DNA from: a virus
Lineage: Duplodnaviria > Caudoviricetes
Strand: one strand, 5' to 3'
DNA length: 64,000 nt
IMG/VR virus record: IMGVR_UViG_3300032335_001233
Location: 51,490 to 115,489 of that record
Positions 28,131-37,313 of this stretch are shown in pieces. Position numbers and translations under genes: made by a program. How positions within the stretch are numbered: the first letter of the stretch is position 1; every line of letters begins with the position of its first letter. Below the pieces are notes generated by a model, which saw only the letters and a list, made by a program, of their open reading frames with translations, was not told the DNA's origin and ran no database searches.

Positions 28131-29134
28131 TACTGTTTGTTTTGACGTGCGCGAATCATGGCCAAGATGTCCTGCGCATTGCTAGCAGACTTGGCCGCAG
28201 GGGCTTGCACTGGTGCCGACGCAGTGGCGCCATCGTCAGTGTCAAAAGGGGGATCGTCTTCACGAACAGCAGGCTTGGCAGCAGCCACTGGACGAGCCGC
28301 AGGCTTGGCTGCTTCGTCGGCTTCGTTTCCGGCTGCACCGCCTGGTGCTTGCACACCGGCTGGACGGAAGTATTGTCCCCAGCGTTCAGTGTCATAGGGC
28401 TGACCATCCACCGAAGCTTCAAACATTTCCTTGATCACTCGCAATTCCACGTCAGTGGGCTTCTTGGGCAAGAATGTGTTCAAGTCAAACAACTCGTGTT
28501 TGTTGATGGCTTCCAGTTCAGTTTCGGTCAAAGCCGACTCTTTTCTGGCCCATGAGCTGGTGTTGTAGTCAGCAAAGCCGCCTTTGGCAGTCTTGGTGAT
28601 ACGGAAGTCCAAGCCACGCAAGTAGTCAGTGGGGATTTCCTCAATTTCGGTATCCATCAAAGCAGCCTTGATGATGGTAAAGATCTGCGGTCCAATGATG
28701 AAACGTCGAATTGGGTTTTCTGGGGACTTGTCATCGCTGAGAGGATTCTGACGAACCAAGCCCTGCATGATGTAGCTGCGTTTTTTCCAATACTTGCGAC
28801 CCATTTCTTCAAGGCTCTTGTCCTTGAACCAGGTACGCACTTCGGCCAAGATAGGGCAAGCTTCGCCCCACATTTCCACACATGGCACTTGTACCATGAC
28901 TTGTTTGCTTTCCATTTCGCCCTTGATGCCGTTGAACGGCAAGCGAATCATGGCTCGCTCCACCCAGAAAAAGGTGTTCTTGTTGTTGCCATCGGGGAGG
29001 AAGCGCACAGTGGCCGATTGGCCTTCTTCCATGTTCCAGTGCGGGTAGATTGAATTATCACCGCCTGTTGATTGACCGCCTTGTTTGTTTTCAGCTGCCT
29101 GTAGTCGTGCTCGAATTTCTGCTAAAGATGCCAT
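28130..29134 (-). CDS. gp32: Single-stranded DNA-binding protein (T4 gp32-like)
   Basis: VRFLPD, CPI, YWKKRSY, GLDFRITK, ADYNTSSW; Ala-rich/acidic linker. Confidence 0.88.
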   Translation of the reverse strand: MASLAEIRARLQAAENKQGGQSTGGDNSIYPHWNMEEGQSATVRFLPDGNNKNTFFWVERAMIRLPFNGIKGEMESKQVMVQVPCVEMWGEACPILAEVRTWFKDKSLEEMGRKYWKKRSYIMQGLVRQNPLSDDKSPENPIRRFIIGPQIFTIIKAALMDTEIEEIPTDYLRGLDFRITKTAKGGFADYNTSSWARKESALTETELEAINKHELFDLNTFLPKKPTDVELRVIKEMFEASVDGQPYDTERWGQYFRPAGVQAPGGAAGNEADEAAKPAARPVAAAKPAVREDDPPFDTDDGATASAPVQAPAAKSASNAQDILAMIRARQNKQ

Positions 29135-29273
29135 AGTAATTTCTCCTGTAAGTTGCCTATGTTTATGTTGCCTATCTAATTGCTTAGATCAAAGTTGCCT
29201 GTGACACTAAGGAAAAAGCGCATACACCACAGTAGTATATGCGCCTTTGTACTCTGTGTCAAGAGTATTTATG
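29135..29273 (-). promoter_or_regulatory. gp32 promoter region and structured leader
   Basis: TTGACA-17-TATACT (29262-29234), CATAAATA (29273-29266), three AGGCAAC repeats, ATCTAA/TTAGAT hairpin, AGGAG RBS. Confidence 0.7.
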
Positions 29274-29275
29274 AA

Positions 29276-31012
29276 TTACTTTGCCAAAGCCAATTTTTTC
29301 AAGTGATTCAATTCGCTTTCGTAAAAGCTGTCGGTCACAGCACCACGATGGTCCATGGGATTGGTTGAGTCTTCGGCCACACCTTGATCCGTGCTATGGC
29401 CGTAATCTTGTTCTATGCGATCTACCACAATGTCAAGAATCTGTTCAAAATCATCATCAGGGTGTAACCTGTGGTCTCTGGCCACGTCGTCATACATATC
29501 CTGCAACACCATGGCCACATATTCTTGAGCTCCGCCTCGAGGATGATTCATGACATCATAGGCATCCACTTCGCCGTCAAGGATTTGATCAAAAACCTGT
29601 CGCTTGTAATCAGCTTGCATGCCTTCTTCCATGGGAGCCACAGCACCAGCCACAGTGCCGCCCATGCTTTCCATGTAGTTGCCACACTCTTTCAATCCAT
29701 GAACTGGGCAGCTCATGCCTTCGGCAGTCATGTTGCAGGTGCCTTCAGAAAGTGATTTGTCTGGTGAATTCTGATCTTGGTTGGGTCTAAGATTTTCCAG
29801 TCCCAGTTCAGATACACGTTTCCAAACCTGGTCGTTGTCCCAGATATTGGCGTCAGGATCTTCCTGAGCAATGGCACCAATGATATCAAACAACTGATCA
29901 TCACCAATCAAATCGTACAGTTGTTCTGTGGCATTGGTCCCGTCGGGGCCAGCCATCAAGGGTTGACTCATGAGTTCTTTCAACCTCTGTTGGTCTTCGT
30001 CGGTTTCGGGCAAAGCCCAAGTGCCTTCACCTAGATTGGCTATCCAGTTTTCAAAAATTTCTACTTCTTTCATGTTGGATCCTTGTTGTATACGTGCCAG
30101 CAGCGGCAAGGCAGCTTCAATTCTATCGTCAATGCGTTGTTCTACAAACAAAGCCTTGATATTTTCTACCAATGCTTCTTGTGGTTGTACCTGTGCTGGG
30201 TGCCAGGTTTCAAAATAAGCAGCATAGCCACGTGGGTTAGCCATGTGTTGTAAGTTGTGTCTCACATCAGCGTAATAGGCATCAACTTGTTCTACTAGAT
30301 CTTGTGTGACACCTTCGGTTACACGATTGTGTGCAGCACGACGGAATCGACTCAGTACCTTGAGTTCAGTGACCATTTCAGTGATGTGATTGCCGCGGAT
30401 GTCATAGGGCCTGCCGCCTTGACGCACATGTTCCAGCATGGCACGACCGGCCATGAGATTCACAAACGGTAACTTGAAACGTTCACCTTCTGCGGTCTCA
30501 ATAAACAAGCTGTCCACATGTCGATGTCTGGCATCAGTTTCACTGAGTCTACGACTGTGCTTGATCATGAGTCTGGCTTCGGTGGCCTGTCCATGATAGC
30601 TGACTTGGCGTGTGCCATAGTAGCCTTCAAACAGGCCTTCTTTGATGGCGGCCAACCCACTCTGCACATGTTTGAGTCGGCTAATGTCTGTGGGAGTCAC
30701 AGTCCAGCGACGTCGATGTGCAAAGTCTCTTAGGTGATGTTGAAAATCAAAAAACGCTTCACGATCTTCGGCATTGTCCATGGCACGACCAAGGTTGTCG
30801 CCGTACATGATTTGCATGTCGTTTTCGGCGCCCAGTACAATGACCATGGTGCCGTAGTTTTTGCCCGACGGGCTGCGGTAGTCAAAACTAAAGATCTTGG
30901 CTTCATCGGGCTCATTAACCGGTTGCCCATTGGCACCCAGCATTGAAGACTCAAAATTCTGTGTGACCAGGAGATCTTGCAGTTGACTGGCGATGTTGTT
31001 GTCTTTTGCCAT
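29276..31012 (-). CDS. Hypothetical acidic protein, probably head-associated and proteolytically processed
   Basis: TAAATA 7 nt upstream; repeated x-x-E-G/S motifs (IKEG, LFEG, VTEG, LGEG, LSEG, YMES, MEEG, FYES). Confidence 0.7.
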   Translation of the reverse strand: MAKDNNIASQLQDLLVTQNFESSMLGANGQPVNEPDEAKIFSFDYRSPSGKNYGTMVIVLGAENDMQIMYGDNLGRAMDNAEDREAFFDFQHHLRDFAHRRRWTVTPTDISRLKHVQSGLAAIKEGLFEGYYGTRQVSYHGQATEARLMIKHSRRLSETDARHRHVDSLFIETAEGERFKLPFVNLMAGRAMLEHVRQGGRPYDIRGNHITEMVTELKVLSRFRRAAHNRVTEGVTQDLVEQVDAYYADVRHNLQHMANPRGYAAYFETWHPAQVQPQEALVENIKALFVEQRIDDRIEAALPLLARIQQGSNMKEVEIFENWIANLGEGTWALPETDEDQQRLKELMSQPLMAGPDGTNATEQLYDLIGDDQLFDIIGAIAQEDPDANIWDNDQVWKRVSELGLENLRPNQDQNSPDKSLSEGTCNMTAEGMSCPVHGLKECGNYMESMGGTVAGAVAPMEEGMQADYKRQVFDQILDGEVDAYDVMNHPRGGAQEYVAMVLQDMYDDVARDHRLHPDDDFEQILDIVVDRIEQDYGHSTDQGVAEDSTNPMDHRGAVTDSFYESELNHLKKLALAK

Positions 31013-31022
31013 AGTGTAGTAT

Positions 31023-32609
31023 TTAGCGCATGATGCTGATGAACGGCATGGGTTCAATCACGTTGTCTGAGTGATCCTTGAGGTGTCGGTCAAGATCGGC
31101 GTGATAAGTCTGCAACAGCATCAACATGCGTGTGGCCAGCAGTCCTGACATCACTAGATCGTCAGTTTCGCCAGGTTTGGCAGCATAACTGGAGCCGTTG
31201 GCCACAAAGGTCTTGAGCTCGCTGAGAAATAAACGACTGTTGATGCGCATGCGACCAGATTCTACCAAGACTTTGAACTTGTTGCAGGCCGTGATCTTGG
31301 CTTTGTTGGTGGTGTTGAAACCTTTGCGGAATCTGCGGCCTGTAGTACCCGTCACCGAGTTGTCGCTGAGAAAATAGCCTTGTATACGGTCTTCTCCGTA
31401 TTCAGTGATTGAAATTAGGGCTGCTTCACCAATGGTATTGTTTTCCACACTGTAGTAAATGCTTTTTTCGTCTCGCACCACAGCATAGAGCTCATTCACA
31501 ATTTCAGCCATGATTTTGATTTGATTGGGAATGTCAGTTCGATTGTGACGCCACTCGGCCACTTGAATTGTGGTGTCAGCTTCAAATACCTGTATGGCAG
31601 CAGGATCACCGCCAGTGCCCAAGCTGGGATCAAGAGCCACAATGTAAATTTTGCCAGGTTCGGGCTCTTTGTACCAGCGCACTTGTCCGCTCTTGCGTAT
31701 GGGGTCACGTCCTTCCAGTTCCAAGAGCTTGACCGGACTGATCAGGGTCTCGTCGTTGATCACAAACTCACAGTCCATCTCGCGACGAAAACGTTCTTCG
31801 CCCAGCTGAGCACGCTGCTCCTCGGCCCAGGTTTCGTCACGATCAGGGTGCTCTCGCCAGTAGGCTCGATACGCACGGAATCCGTTGATGCCCAGGCCAT
31901 TGGGTCTGGGATTGCCATACTCGTCTTCTACTTTGTTGGCGCCTTTCCAGATGTAGGCAAATTGGTCTTCGTCTGAGTTGGGAGTTGAAGTGATAATGGC
32001 CTTACCGCCTGTGGCCAAGGTGGGCGAAATTGAAGTCCAAAATTCCTTGGCAATGGTAGGCCGCACAAACGCAAACTCGTCTGCGTACAGCAGCGAGATA
32101 GACATACCTCGGCCAGTGTTTTCAGTTGTGGTGGCCGACACAATTCTTGAGCCGTTGTCAAACTCCAAACTGCCTTTGTTGTAGCTCACGGCACCAGCAC
32201 GAATGTGATTAGGGCACAGTTCGTAGGCAAAGCGAATACGCTGCATGATTTCCTGAGCACCGGTGTACTTGTGCGCAGCAATTAGAATTGTACTGTCTGG
32301 AACAAACATAGCATACCACAGCAGGTAGCCCCCTGCCGATGTTGACTTGCCGGTTTGTCGAGGCATGAGACTGATGGAGTAACGATAGTTGTGATAGGTC
32401 TCGATCAGTCGGCGTTGGTACTCAAACGGATGATACACCATTTTGCCACGAGTGGGATGCTGGATCCAAAAGTAGTTGTCCATGAAGTACATGGGCCCCG
32501 TGACAGGATCAGCACACAACGAAAACTCCAAGAGCTCTTGGTCAGTGTATGTTTCTCTACGGTGCGGTGCTTTGACCAGCACTGTGTCTAGTGTACCTGG
32601 TTTGATCAT
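31023..32609 (-). CDS. gp17: Terminase large subunit (T4 gp17-like)
   Basis: PRQTGKS, YADEFAF, TSTPN, LDPSLG, VENN, DDLVM. Confidence 0.95.
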   Translation of the reverse strand: MIKPGTLDTVLVKAPHRRETYTDQELLEFSLCADPVTGPMYFMDNYFWIQHPTRGKMVYHPFEYQRRLIETYHNYRYSISLMPRQTGKSTSAGGYLLWYAMFVPDSTILIAAHKYTGAQEIMQRIRFAYELCPNHIRAGAVSYNKGSLEFDNGSRIVSATTTENTGRGMSISLLYADEFAFVRPTIAKEFWTSISPTLATGGKAIITSTPNSDEDQFAYIWKGANKVEDEYGNPRPNGLGINGFRAYRAYWREHPDRDETWAEEQRAQLGEERFRREMDCEFVINDETLISPVKLLELEGRDPIRKSGQVRWYKEPEPGKIYIVALDPSLGTGGDPAAIQVFEADTTIQVAEWRHNRTDIPNQIKIMAEIVNELYAVVRDEKSIYYSVENNTIGEAALISITEYGEDRIQGYFLSDNSVTGTTGRRFRKGFNTTNKAKITACNKFKVLVESGRMRINSRLFLSELKTFVANGSSYAAKPGETDDLVMSGLLATRMLMLLQTYHADLDRHLKDHSDNVIEPMPFISIMR

Positions 32610-33163
32610 AAAAAATTCAACAGTGTGTAACTGGTGACCCTAAATTCATTGTCAGCCACGGCCACAGGCATATCGTGCCACAGGCCTGGTTCATTCATAC
32701 TGCCTGTGGTGTTGACCATGACATAGCCGTTGTTGGGTTCAAACCTACTGACAAATCTTGTTTGTGTGCGGTGTTGATCTTGATAGAATTGTGTGCTGAG
32801 ATTTTTTCGACCGTGCCAAGCCAGCTGTATGGCTCCGGGCAATGTACCATCAGTGTGCAATCCGCATGTAAACCCTGGCATGTCTACCCAAAAATACGTA
32901 TAGGCTGGATTGTATTTCAACAAGGGTCTACGCAGCGCCATGCTGAGCCGAAACCAAAATTTTTGAGTCTGTTCGGTCCACAGCTTTTCCCAAGGCATTT
33001 GTGTTAGATCAATTCTGCGCCGAGCCCAAGTTTCTTGATTCAACTGCAATTGCCACGGTATGTCCAGCCAAGGTGTGGCAACAATCTGTTCCACTAGGTC
33101 CGGACTGTACACATCGCCAATGTCAAAGAGATTGGGCGTTTGATCTACTGCTGAAATTCGCAT
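32606..33163 (-). CDS. 2OG-Fe(II) oxygenase-like protein
   Basis: LHTD (HxD), distal WH, R-x-T (RVTSY), FEPNNGY. Confidence 0.7.
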   Translation of the reverse strand: MRISAVDQTPNLFDIGDVYSPDLVEQIVATPWLDIPWQLQLNQETWARRRIDLTQMPWEKLWTEQTQKFWFRLSMALRRPLLKYNPAYTYFWVDMPGFTCGLHTDGTLPGAIQLAWHGRKNLSTQFYQDQHRTQTRFVSRFEPNNGYVMVNTTGSMNEPGLWHDMPVAVADNEFRVTSYTLLNFL

Positions 33164-34284
33164 GCAGTATTTAATTCAGGCCATAGTTGAGCAAATTGCC
33201 CAGCACTGACAGTGTGATAGGTTTTTTCAATCTTGTCAGTGTGCTCACGCAGTTGTGTTCGCAAATCGTCGCGTGGTGCTGCAATGTTTGACTGCACAGT
33301 TTGAAAGAACTGCCGCTCGCTGTCCATGCAGATGTCCAGTGCCAACAAACGATCAATTTCTTGTTGTGCAAGTTGTTTGACTGAATCTCCCAGACGCTGT
33401 GGATCCAAGCACTCGGGTTGATACAAGCTCTGCCAGTGTATAGTCAAACCACGTTCACGAGCAAACTCAGTGAGTTCTACCAAGCGTGTGGCATTGTACA
33501 AGTTGTACACAGCATGAATGCCGCCCCAGTGTTGACCGCTCTGCATCAAGGGACGCAACACATCGAGATTGGCCAACAGTTGCTGCCAGTCAGCACCGTG
33601 ACGCACATATTCAAATCTTTTGCCCACGTTGTCAAAGCTGAGACTCCAGCCCACACGATTGCGTTTGAGCAGTTTTTGCACAATGCGATTTGAAGCAAAG
33701 TCCACAGCCACGTTGGTGATCAAGGTAACCACACAGTCTTCAGGTATGACATCCAGCAGCCGATCATTTTCTGGCAGTAGAAGTGGCTCGCCGCCCACCA
33801 GTGCAACTTCGCGAATGTTTTCACGATGCTGGTCAAGGTAGTCACACACCGCTTCGTAGTAGGGCCTGGCACCTGACTTTACGGGTATACCTTTGAGTGC
33901 TGCCCATTTGGAACTGCAGGCTTCAGCACAGTAGTTGCACGAGAGATTGCAGGTGGTGTTCCAGCGCACATCAATCAAGGTGGGTCTATGTTCGGTGTCT
34001 GATGCCTGTGTACAATCAAATTCAGGACTGACATTGTTGTGCCAGTCTCGTTCGCTGCGACCATAGCGCTCGGCCTGCACACAGTTGTAGCAGTATTTGT
34101 GTGGTTGCCCCTGGCGTATGCTCTGACGTATTTCCTGCATAACAGGGCCATGCAAGATTTCCTCAATGCTGTGAGTGTTGAGATTGCCCAACATGTTGGG
34201 ATCGCCAGCACAGCAGGTTTTTACATCGCCCCGGGGATTGATATGCAAGCCGCGCCAGGGTGCGGCACAATAAAATTCACTCAT
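33145..34284 (-). CDS. Radical SAM protein with N-terminal SPASM/twitch-like domain
   Basis: CNLSCNYC (CxxxCxxC), GGEP; N-terminal C..PW...GDVKTCC...CYNC. Confidence 0.88.
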   Translation of the reverse strand: MSEFYCAAPWRGLHINPRGDVKTCCAGDPNMLGNLNTHSIEEILHGPVMQEIRQSIRQGQPHKYCYNCVQAERYGRSERDWHNNVSPEFDCTQASDTEHRPTLIDVRWNTTCNLSCNYCAEACSSKWAALKGIPVKSGARPYYEAVCDYLDQHRENIREVALVGGEPLLLPENDRLLDVIPEDCVVTLITNVAVDFASNRIVQKLLKRNRVGWSLSFDNVGKRFEYVRHGADWQQLLANLDVLRPLMQSGQHWGGIHAVYNLYNATRLVELTEFARERGLTIHWQSLYQPECLDPQRLGDSVKQLAQQEIDRLLALDICMDSERQFFQTVQSNIAAPRDDLRTQLREHTDKIEKTYHTVSAGQFAQLWPELNTACEFQQ

Positions 34285-34301
34285 GCCAATATTTAACTGC
34301 G

Positions 34302-35036
34302 TTAGATTGGTGAGCAGTTAATTGGCAATGGTGGGACTGCTCCGTTTCTAAACGGATGGTCCAAAACATGCAACCCGTAGAAATTGTTAAGATTCCAGCA
34401 GCGGTGTTTTGATTCAAACTTTCTCAAATCATGTTGCTGATTGAATTCGTTGATGGCCAATTCAGCACCGCACCAGGGATTCATGGTAATGTGAGTGTTG
34501 GCATCATCAACATGCACCAGCACTGTGGGCAGATAGCGGTCAGCTGGCATTTTGAAAATTTGCAAAGCCGACACAGTGCTGGAGTAGAGATCAAGATCCA
34601 AACTCACAAAAGCCAATTTGGCATTGCTCCACTGACTGACAAACTCTGGCACCGTTTGTTTGACATCTCCAAATATCACTCTAGTGTCGTTGCAGCGACT
34701 GGCATATTCACCCGCTTGCCAAATTTCAGGATGATCACGATGATCCTGGGCCAGGGGTAGTCCAGATCCAGTGTCAAAGCCTGTGATTTCTACTGTGACT
34801 TGAAATCGCGGAGCAAATTCATTTGCATACTGATCTAGTGCTGTGATACCACGGCCTGATGCTACACCAAATTCAATCACAGAAATTTTTTCATAGCCGC
34901 ACAGTTTGGCCTGCCACAGCGCCTGCACCATCAATATGCCATAGTTGGCATGACTGTGTTGATAGAAATTTTGTCTTATGTCTTGAACACACTGTCTGGC
35001 CAAGGATTCAATTTCTTGACTGTGTGTGTTCATCAT
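34302..35036 (-). CDS. TylF/MycF-like O-methyltransferase
   Basis: IEFGVASG, GFDTGSGLP, LDLDLYSST, DD. Confidence 0.72.
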   Translation of the reverse strand: MMNTHSQEIESLARQCVQDIRQNFYQHSHANYGILMVQALWQAKLCGYEKISVIEFGVASGRGITALDQYANEFAPRFQVTVEITGFDTGSGLPLAQDHRDHPEIWQAGEYASRCNDTRVIFGDVKQTVPEFVSQWSNAKLAFVSLDLDLYSSTVSALQIFKMPADRYLPTVLVHVDDANTHITMNPWCGAELAINEFNQQHDLRKFESKHRCWNLNNFYGLHVLDHPFRNGAVPPLPINCSPI

Positions 35037-35467
35037 TGACACCAAGATGTTTTGGCTTCGCCAAAGTATTCACGGGCAAAACCATTGGCAATCAGGCCTT
35101 GACGTAGACTACGACCATCTAGAATGATGTCACCCAGCACACGACCACCAAATTTGTCCCAATTGTATAATGTGACCTGTCGTTTTTGGCTGGCTGCAAT
35201 TGCATTTTTGGTAAATTCAGTGGCTGCTAGCCCGCGAGCATTTTCCTGTGGGCACTGGGCACGGTGTCCTTTTTCTGGAGTGTCAACACCGTAGATTCTC
35301 ACAGCCAGTTCAGGCTTGAGTGGTGCAGGTAAGAATGGTGCTGAGATCACCACAGTGTCTCCGTCGTTGATGCGAACAATTTGTGCGTCATAGGTTGCAC
35401 CTTGTGGTGTTTTTTGTGCCATGACCAAACATGGAATCAGGAGCAGAGAGAGTAGTAGTTTTTTCAT
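35033..35467 (-). CDS. Thermonuclease (SNase) with signal peptide
   Basis: DGDT, RIYGVDTPE, DKFGGRVLG; N-terminal MKKLLLSLLLIPCLVMA. Confidence 0.88.
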   Translation of the reverse strand: MKKLLLSLLLIPCLVMAQKTPQGATYDAQIVRINDGDTVVISAPFLPAPLKPELAVRIYGVDTPEKGHRAQCPQENARGLAATEFTKNAIAASQKRQVTLYNWDKFGGRVLGDIILDGRSLRQGLIANGFAREYFGEAKTSWCQ

Positions 35468-35468
35468 A

Positions 35469-36077
35469 TTATGCTATTTGATATGTGCCCGAAAGATCAA
35501 AATGTGCGCCCGATTGCCAGGCGCCTGTGGCCGGAGTGTTGAATTTCCAAACTAGATCGGTAGTGCTACCAGAATAATACAGTTTCATAACTGTGGTGCT
35601 GTCAATGACATCTGTGATTCCGGCAATATGGTATAAGGCAGGAGAACCAGCACCGGCTGTTTGATGCAGGCTGCCTCCGGCCAGTCTAAATGTGTTTATT
35701 GCGGGGGTGGGCAGTGTAATCTGATATCCTGTGCTGCCAAAGTTGGTAACTCCTGTAAAATCCACATACACATGTATATACATCAGCGGACCCATACGCA
35801 CATAAGATGCTGTAGCAGTGCCGCCGGCAAATGTGCCCGATCCGTCAGTGAACTGTGGGTTGAATGTTGTGGTGCTGGTAACGCCAGATCCGTATGCTAC
35901 TAAATTTAAATTTCCGTTGACGTTGCCCACATAGATATCTTGTGTGAGTTGGTTGACTACTAATTCACTTGGGCGAGCAACACCATTGTAATCGCCAATG
36001 GTTTCTTGTGCGTTGTCTTTCATTACAGCACGGCTTATGCCCGTGATGTTGTCATATGGTGGTGGTGGATTGGCCAT
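35469..36077 (-). CDS. Hypothetical virion protein (fibre/receptor-binding-like C-terminus)
   Basis: Start MANPPPP; GSTGYQITLP and a terminal SGTY beta-strand. Confidence 0.6.
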   Translation of the reverse strand: MANPPPPYDNITGISRAVMKDNAQETIGDYNGVARPSELVVNQLTQDIYVGNVNGNLNLVAYGSGVTSTTTFNPQFTDGSGTFAGGTATASYVRMGPLMYIHVYVDFTGVTNFGSTGYQITLPTPAINTFRLAGGSLHQTAGAGSPALYHIAGITDVIDSTTVMKLYYSGSTTDLVWKFNTPATGAWQSGAHFDLSGTYQIA

Positions 36078-36081
36078 GATA

Positions 36082-36462
36082 TTAATATCCTTTAAACGGC
36101 TTGACTGGACTTTGAACATCTACAAATGCAGGTTCTTCGCTGGCAGCAGTGCTGACTAGTTTTTTCCCACCAGGTGTTTTTGTCATTTTTAATGCTGCAT
36201 CAATCACAGGATCAACGTTGTTGTTGAATCCCACAATCACAGCATGCTCGCCAAACGCCGTTTCGGCTGACCAGTCAGGCATAGAGCGGTTTACATCGTT
36301 GGCTACTGAATTACTCCTGGCACGGGCTATAGCAACACCAAAACGATAATTTTTATAAGGGTCGGCAGCACTCAGCCCTGGAAGCACAAAGGTGTTTTTC
36401 ATAGGGTCGCGAGTTTCCGGAGGCAAATCTTTTTGTTCGCAAATAAATTCACGTGCTCGCAT
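36082..36462 (-). CDS. Putative internal head protein (capsid-targeting-like N-terminus)
   Basis: MRAREFICE; paralogous to the adjacent gene. Confidence 0.65.
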   Translation of the reverse strand: MRAREFICEQKDLPPETRDPMKNTFVLPGLSAADPYKNYRFGVAIARARSNSVANDVNRSMPDWSAETAFGEHAVIVGFNNNVDPVIDAALKMTKTPGGKKLVSTAASEEPAFVDVQSPVKPFKGY

Positions 36463-36824
36463 CAGTAGCCCCCAAACGCTTTGATAGGACTTTGTAAGTG
36501 TACTGCTGGATGTTCTTCACTGTCCATGTCGCCCTTGTTAAGGTCTGTGTACACCGCACCAGCGGCTTTGTACGCCATCTTCAACATGTCTTGTTCTTGT
36601 TTGGTATAAGGGTGCGCAGTTTTGTTTTTACCAACCCATGATTTTTCGTCCACGTCAGGCACAAACGTGCCGTCAGTGCAGGCAACAGCCATCATCACAC
36701 GATTCAAGGTATAATCAGTACTCCAGCGTTCGCCATCTCTAAATGTATTGAGCCCACGAGTAGCGGCTTGACGTCGTTTGCCAAGCTGGCCATCTTGTTC
36801 AATCACAAACTCGCGTGCTCGCAT
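36462..36824 (-). CDS. Putative internal head protein (capsid-targeting-like N-terminus)
   Basis: MRAREFVIE; shares the SEE...QSP.K.F.GY ending with 36082..36462. Confidence 0.65.
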   Translation of the reverse strand: MRAREFVIEQDGQLGKRRQAATRGLNTFRDGERWSTDYTLNRVMMAVACTDGTFVPDVDEKSWVGKNKTAHPYTKQEQDMLKMAYKAAGAVYTDLNKGDMDSEEHPAVHLQSPIKAFGGY

Positions 36825-36826
36825 GA

Positions 36827-37132
36827 TCAGTTGCCTTCAGTGGCCGAGCTAGCTGTGCCAATTTCAGTAGCAGTAAAGTTTGCACCAGTCACTGTTAGTT
36901 TGTTGCCGGCTCCCACGTAAGTTTCGAACACAGCGTTGGCTGGAACAGCTACTGCATTGCTGTAGAGATTTCCCACAGCATTGGCTATGGTCACAGGATT
37001 GCCGGTGCCAGGATCAGTACCAGTCACAGCTACGCCATACACATTGAATGTAACAGCAGTGTTGCCAGTGCTGATACTGACCTTGTCAGTATACCAAGTG
37101 GCATTGGCTAAGGAAGTATAAACGTTGGCCAT
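36827..37132 (-). CDS. Small beta-rich hypothetical (virion?) protein
   Basis: 101-aa Thr/Ala/Asn-rich ORF. Confidence 0.65.
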   Translation of the reverse strand: MANVYTSLANATWYTDKVSISTGNTAVTFNVYGVAVTGTDPGTGNPVTIANAVGNLYSNAVAVPANAVFETYVGAGNKLTVTGANFTATEIGTASSATEGN

Positions 37133-37302
37133 TATTTGTTGTCCTTGTTGGGCTGGGTATTCACAGGCTGATACAGCTCACGTGATTGATACAGCACACC
37201 AGGAATATCAACTGGTTGCTGTTTTACCGATGCTGGTGCTGGACTGTGTGGGTTACGTGGCACTGAATTTGCAGGCCAGTTGTCATAGGGTCTGTATACC
37301 AT
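37132..37302 (-). CDS. Small hypothetical protein
   Basis: AAGGAG RBS before ATG 37302 (MVYRPYDNW). Confidence 0.55.
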   Translation of the reverse strand: MVYRPYDNWPANSVPRNPHSPAPASVKQQPVDIPGVLYQSRELYQPVNTQPNKDNK

Positions 37303-37313
37303 GTTGTGTCTCC

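Noticed and set aside
1236-32609. Inteins in helicase, UvsW, UvsX or terminase
   Set aside because: Lengths are normal and no C...HN splice motifs were seen.
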